A stretch of 11,242 nt of DNA from Pseudomonadota bacterium (GTDB lineage Bacteria > Bdellovibrionota_G > JALEGL01 > DATDPG01). Position numbers and translations under genes: made by a program. Where the stretch lies: positions 1 to 11,242 of the forward strand of contig JAZDIZ010000007.1 in the NCBI GenBank assembly GCA_043804515.1. The letters run 5' to 3'. The number at the start of each line of letters is the position of its first letter. The first letter of the stretch is position 1. Below the pieces are notes generated by a model that saw only the letters and a program-made list of their open reading frames with translations, searched no databases and was not told the DNA's origin. Positions 7,551 to 11,242 of the stretch are shown here, piece after piece.

Positions 7551-7654
7551 AATCATTGTCCATTCTCAAAGCCTATAATGCAGACTTGGCTTGATCGGCG
7601 CCGTAAGGCTAGAACCAATCCTTCACTCAGTGAGGAGTTAGGCGGGCTGAGAGC

Positions 7655-8941
7655 CTACAACGGTTTCGGCGGTGCGAACGGATAATCGCTGCCCATGTCC
7701 TTCCAGTTGTTCACGCCGTCCATTCCGGGCACGTGGACTCCCGAACGATCCGGCTTCCATGAAATCGGCTCGCCGTTGAGCCGGCTCTTTGGCCAAGCGG
7801 GCAGGTATTTCGGGACAACGTCCGCCTCTTTTCCGGGCCACGTCTTGTGCCTTCTAAAGTATCGTCTCGCAGCTAGAATAATGCGCGCGGCATTTGCGTG
7901 ATCGATCGGTTGCGCTCCTGCGGAAAGAAACGTGGCAAACGTGTCCGAAAGCGGTGAGTAAGGAAATGTCTTTGGCAGGAAATATTCATACATTTTGAAG
8001 GGATCCGACGAAAAAGCGGGTTTGATCAGAAAGGAGCCGCCCAGCTTTGTATTCGGCATCTGTTTTCGCAACCAATCAAAAAGCTCTTCCAGATATTTCT
8101 GCTGTTTCTCAACGCTGGTTCCGTACAAGAGCTTTGCCGCCCTCCATTTCAGGCAATTCCCTTCCTTCTGAGAAACCATGAACGCTCCGCATCTCGCGTC
8201 GATTTCGAGGGCCCGATTCTTTTCCAAAGCTTCCTCAACTCTCCAGGCGAACCGGAGCCCATCGAGCACTTCTTTTTCCGTCGGAAGTGCAGGCTCAAAT
8301 CCGACGTCGGCAAGGGCTGAGCTTACGGAATTCTTAAGCCAACCCGTAACGATTCCCGTAATCGCACGATTCAGCATCAGACCGCCGACTCGAGGATTCT
8401 GGTTCAAGTAATGTACAGCCTCGAGAGCGAGCCGGTAATCCCGGAGGCCGTTGTCAATCCTTCCTGTTTGGAGAGATTTCGACGCCCGATAGAGAAGCAT
8501 CTTAGCGAAGCGGATGAACCGCATGTAATCCAGCACGTCCTGCGACCCGTCTGATGTCCGCAAGGGCTGCCGCATTTTGTCGCCAAGATCTTGCGGGCGG
8601 GCAAAGGCGTAATTTCCGTGCTTGGAGTTCCAGGCGGCCACCTGGTCCAGAATCTTCGCGTGAGACTTCAAATACCGGTCGCATTCGGGCCGGATCACTG
8701 AGGATTTCGGATACGGACTCTCCATGCACTCTCGACCGTCGACATCGAGGGTTTTCAGGTCCGCCGTCAGCTCCATGAATTTTGCGAGGCTGTTATCCCC
8801 GGGAAGCACCGCGGGCGGGGGAATCAATTTCGCGCTTACATCTTTCTTCGGTTGGATCCAGAGAGTCAGCGCCAACAGCGCGATCAACAACACTGGAATC
8901 CCGATTACAAGGCCAATCACTTTCAGAGTGCCGCGCGACAT
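7655..8941 (-). CDS. Hypothetical single-pass membrane-anchored protein (~428 aa), mostly helical, with a C-terminal GspG/pseudopilin-like motif
   Basis: Long ORF. ATG at 8941 has AAGGAG 7 nt upstream (the tracked start at 8977 is less likely). N-terminal TM segment VIGLVIGIPVLLIALLALTLWI. The C-terminal ARIILAARRYFRRHKTWPGKEADVVPKYLPAWPKSRLNGEPISW resembles the AL.xY...G.YP..L..LVP.YL...P.DP..G.P..Y pattern. Confidence 0.85.
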   Translation of the reverse strand: MSRGTLKVIGLVIGIPVLLIALLALTLWIQPKKDVSAKLIPPPAVLPGDNSLAKFMELTADLKTLDVDGRECMESPYPKSSVIRPECDRYLKSHAKILDQVAAWNSKHGNYAFARPQDLGDKMRQPLRTSDGSQDVLDYMRFIRFAKMLLYRASKSLQTGRIDNGLRDYRLALEAVHYLNQNPRVGGLMLNRAITGIVTGWLKNSVSSALADVGFEPALPTEKEVLDGLRFAWRVEEALEKNRALEIDARCGAFMVSQKEGNCLKWRAAKLLYGTSVEKQQKYLEELFDWLRKQMPNTKLGGSFLIKPAFSSDPFKMYEYFLPKTFPYSPLSDTFATFLSAGAQPIDHANAARIILAARRYFRRHKTWPGKEADVVPKYLPAWPKSRLNGEPISWKPDRSGVHVPGMDGVNNWKDMGSDYPFAPPKPL

Positions 8942-9078
8942 GACGGATCTCCTTCCGGTGGGAGTGACGCTGTTCAAGATGATCTCAGAAGCGGTCTTTC
9001 TTGGCTAATCCGCGGTTCCCCCGGAAAATCAGGGCCAGCTCCGGTTTCGGCAGGTATGCGCCACCTGCGGGAATTCGA

Positions 9079-9159
9079 GGACGGAGGCTGCTTCAAGAAT
9101 CTCCGCATCCGAAGAGACGCAACCGTAAAAATGCTATAAGGGTTCTCCGACCTCCGTCC
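9079..9159 (-). repeat. Structured repeat element, copy 1 (REP/MITE-like or ncRNA)
   Basis: Terminal inverted repeats GGACGGAGG/CCTCCGTCC. 9079-9120 matches 10179-10220 at 33/42 ungapped, and 9138-9160 matches 10269-10291 at 23/23. Strand is inferred from G-U-compatible pairs. Confidence 0.85.
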
Positions 9160-9290
9160 CTCTTTTTCTTTGGACAGATTGTGGCGTCCCAAGCTCCGAC
9201 CCTTCCCCCACCTCTATCCTCACCGCGGCTTGTGTCCCCCTCTTTCATTTCATCGGGTCGCAACGAATGATAGATTCCCGGCAGGGGCAA

Positions 9291-10163
9291 ATGATCTGCG
9301 CACGTCATCCACATGCCTCAGCTGAATGGCAATGCCGCGATTGCGGCAGGATGCACTGTGAGGCCTGCATCAAACACGTCAAGGCGGGGAGGGGAGAGAT
9401 TCTCATCTGCTCTCAGTGTCAAGGAGTGCTGAAAGCATTACCCCGACCCGCCGCCTCTAACGAGGAAGCGTTTAGAGATTGTGTCTCCCGGGTATTCTCC
9501 GGCCAAGGCGTCGCCACCGCAGTTGGCCTTGCGTTTTTTGCCTGGCTCTCCGTGGTGGTGCACATCTTTCCTTCCTTTTTCAGCGCTATTCTCGGCGGAT
9601 TGCTAGGGTTCATCTTTTTCGCCTATCTGGTCAACTACTACTTTCGGATCATCGCTCACGTCGGTAACGGAAAAGCGGGGCTTCCCGACGTTACGGAGGA
9701 CCTCACGGATTGGTTGGATTTCTTCTTTGACGCGGGAAAGGTCGCACTTCTCATTGTCATTTGTGCGGCCCCTGTCTTCCTAGCCATCGTGCTCACAGGA
9801 CGCCCCATCATGGATCTTTACTATAAGCCAAGAGAAGTTCTTCCTTGGGCTCTCCTGAGCGTGGGGTACCTCCCCGCGGCGATTTTGACGGTCGTGATCT
9901 CAGAAAGCGCGGGAGGAGCCCTATGGCCTCCAGCCTGGGTGCAGATCATGGTGCGGCTCGGCAGGAACTATCTGACGTTGATCGGCCTTTTTGTTTCCAC
10001 GATGGTTTTACTCGTTCTCTGGCATCGCTTCTTTTATGTCCGAATGCCGCTCTTTCTAGGAGTGTGGATTGAAAGTTCGGCTGACGTTCTCTTGATATTT
10101 CTGCAGGCCGTGTTGTTTGGCGGATTTCTTCACAAGCATGCCGAAGCGCTGGGTTTTAATTGA
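9291..10163 (+). CDS. B-box-type zinc-finger integral membrane protein (~290 aa) with a DUF4013-like multi-TM domain
   Basis: N-terminal CARH...CRDC....CEAC...CSQC zinc-binding pattern, then about 6 hydrophobic helices. NYYFRIIAHVGNGKAGLPD...WLDFFFDAG resembles the DUF4013 motif. ATG at 9291 is preceded by CAGGGG; alternative start at 9267. Confidence 0.85.
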   Translation: MICARHPHASAEWQCRDCGRMHCEACIKHVKAGRGEILICSQCQGVLKALPRPAASNEEAFRDCVSRVFSGQGVATAVGLAFFAWLSVVVHIFPSFFSAILGGLLGFIFFAYLVNYYFRIIAHVGNGKAGLPDVTEDLTDWLDFFFDAGKVALLIVICAAPVFLAIVLTGRPIMDLYYKPREVLPWALLSVGYLPAAILTVVISESAGGALWPPAWVQIMVRLGRNYLTLIGLFVSTMVLLVLWHRFFYVRMPLFLGVWIESSADVLLIFLQAVLFGGFLHKHAEALGFN

Positions 10164-10177
10164 TCTTTGCCTAATCC

Positions 10178-10291
10178 GGGACGGAGGCCGCATCGAGAAT
10201 TCCCGCGCCCGAAGTGGCGCCACAATATAAACACTTTGAATTCAGCAAGTTAAGGTAAGGGAGGCAACAAGGGTTCTCCGACCTCCGTCCC
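10178..10291 (-). repeat. Structured repeat element, copy 2 (REP/MITE-like or ncRNA)
   Basis: 10-bp perfect terminal inverted repeat GGGACGGAGG (10178-10187)/CCTCCGTCCC (10282-10291), extended by GAGAA/TTCTC. Internal hairpin GCGCC-6nt-GGCGC. Homologous to copy 1 but with a longer (48-nt) central insert. Confidence 0.85.
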
Positions 10292-10426
10292 CACAAAATA
10301 ATAAGGATTTGGGCTTAAGGGCTAACAGGCTGCGGAAAAACTGGCATCGAAGTCCGCCGGCGGCGCGTGCCAAACAAAAAAAGGGTCGTTTAAGGGGGGA
10401 AGACGGGGCCTGCAGCTCGGCCAGCG

Positions 10427-11242
10427 TCACGGGCTACTCGAAAGCAATTCGGCCTCAGATTGAAACATCTTTCCCGCAAGATACTGGTTATGCATCCGGC
10501 ATAAATGCCTGATGTTCTTCTCGTCCGATGAACCACCCGAGGCATAGGGGTAGATATGGTCGAACTCAAGAAGGTAGCGGCTTTCGCATCGGCGTCCGCT
10601 CTTTGGATCGACATATTCACACTGTCCTTTGGATCGATCCCGAACCATTCGTTTGGCGTCAGCTGCAATATACCGAGTTGGAGGCATGGCGTCGGTCGAG
10701 GAATCGGATTCCCTCTTCAACCTTACCGGTAAGGTTAAGGCCTTTTTCCTGTCTTTCCGGCTTGGGTCCTTTTGGCTCAAATAGAACTCCAAACAGACGG
10801 CAAAAAGCTCGGAAACGCTGCAACGGCCTTTCAGGTTCCAGAACCTCTCCATGGCCTGTCGGGTCTCTTCGGTAATCGGGAACTTCACCTCGCTCATCTC
10901 CGCCGTGATGGACCGGACGGTCTCGGAAGGAAGGAGTCTTTCGGGAGATTCTTTAAGCAGAACCTTCTCGGTTTCTCGCTTACTCAATCCCTCAATCCGG
11001 CTGATCAGGGATTCCACTCTCTCCATGGGAAAGGGTCTTTCTTCGGCCCGCTCCTCCGCCCGGAGATGTCTTTCCGCCATAGCCGCTTGGGTCAAAGTGA
11101 GCTTTCCGCTTTCCAAAGCTGCTTTCGCCTCATCGGTTCGAAACATGAGCCGCATAGCCGAGATCCGTTCGTAGGCCTGGTTTTCGCTGTAACCCAAGGC
11201 TCTTTGGACGTAGTCCCACAAGGACCCGTAACCCTTTTGCGC
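10427..11242 (-). CDS. HNH endonuclease with helical N-terminal domain, 5'-truncated by the window edge
   Basis: The frame stays open from the tracked start at 11221 to the window end (AQKGYGSLWDYVQRALGYSENQAYERISAMR), an N-terminal motif I recall from Bdellovibrionota/Myxococcota HNH proteins. C-terminal zinc-binding HNH motif: CEYVDPKSGRRCESRYLLEFDHIYPYASGGSSDEKNIRHLCRMHN. Confidence 0.9.
   Translation of the reverse strand, partial: AQKGYGSLWDYVQRALGYSENQAYERISAMRLMFRTDEAKAALESGKLTLTQAAMAERHLRAEERAEERPFPMERVESLISRIEGLSKRETEKVLLKESPERLLPSETVRSITAEMSEVKFPITEETRQAMERFWNLKGRCSVSELFAVCLEFYLSQKDPSRKDRKKALTLPVRLKRESDSSTDAMPPTRYIAADAKRMVRDRSKGQCEYVDPKSGRRCESRYLLEFDHIYPYASGGSSDEKNIRHLCRMHNQYLAGKMFQSEAELLSSSP
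10719..10736. repeat. 18-bp perfect palindrome inside the HNH gene linker
   Basis: AACCTTACCGGTAAGGTT equals its own reverse complement. It lies in the LTLPVRL linker between the N-terminal domain and the HNH domain. Confidence 0.85.

Noticed and set aside
7574..7579. Perfect TATAAT on the plus strand
   Set aside because: The nearest TTG hexamer (TTGTCC) is only 12 nt away, and there is no supported plus-strand gene downstream.
7615..7643. GCCTAAC on the minus strand plus an imperfect hairpin just after the 7655 stop, suggesting an integron attC site
   Set aside because: No matching GTTRRRY box at a suitable distance, the hairpin is too short, and no integrase is in the window.
7227..7685. 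152-aa plus-strand ORF across the spacer
   Set aside because: It overlaps both flanking minus-strand genes, has no recognisable motif and crosses hairpin and promoter-like DNA. It cannot be fully excluded.
9050..9068. Small hairpin GCAGGT-N7-ACCTGC
   Set aside because: The 6-bp stem has no U-tract and no second copy, so it is expected by chance.
9138..10291. 23-bp exact direct repeats read as CRISPR repeats or a target-site duplication
   Set aside because: There are only two copies, 1.1 kb apart, with no cas genes. Each is the arm of a larger self-complementary element.
10340..10372. Sigma54 promoter suggested by TGGCA/TGGCACG words
   Set aside because: No GC at the required GG-N10-GC spacing on either strand.
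10376..10428. Intrinsic terminator after the HNH gene
   Set aside because: The hairpin is weak and interrupted, and the T-run is separated from it by about 20 nt.

Overview
Bacterial DNA, probably from a Bdellovibrionota/Myxococcota-like organism (inferred from the HNH family and the Cys-rich lipoprotein motif; not verified). The left 7.3 kb is a tightly coupled minus-strand operon of three genes. The first is a Cys-rich lipoprotein with a disintegrin-like motif. It overlaps by ATGA with a ~2,250-aa Sec-exported RHS/YD protein (signal peptide, SpvB-like N-terminal domain, 7 FG-GAP/VCBS repeats, TcdB-midN-like region, YD shell, RHS core). A third exported/lipoprotein ORF follows and is cut off by the window edge. 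The RHS C-terminal 'cargo' is not a recognisable toxin: it reads as an FN3-like domain plus a T9SS/Por-type sorting tail. The right part holds a membrane-anchored hypothetical gene (-), a B-box zinc finger/DUF4013-like membrane protein gene (+) and a 5'-truncated HNH endonuclease gene (-). The B-box gene is bracketed by two direct copies of an unannotated structured element (9079-9159, 10178-10291). The copies have conserved arms, a compensatory base change, G-U/G-T pairs favouring the minus strand, and a variable central insert. No rRNA, tRNA, CRISPR array, transposase or integrase was seen. All domain calls come from motif recognition by eye, not from database searches.
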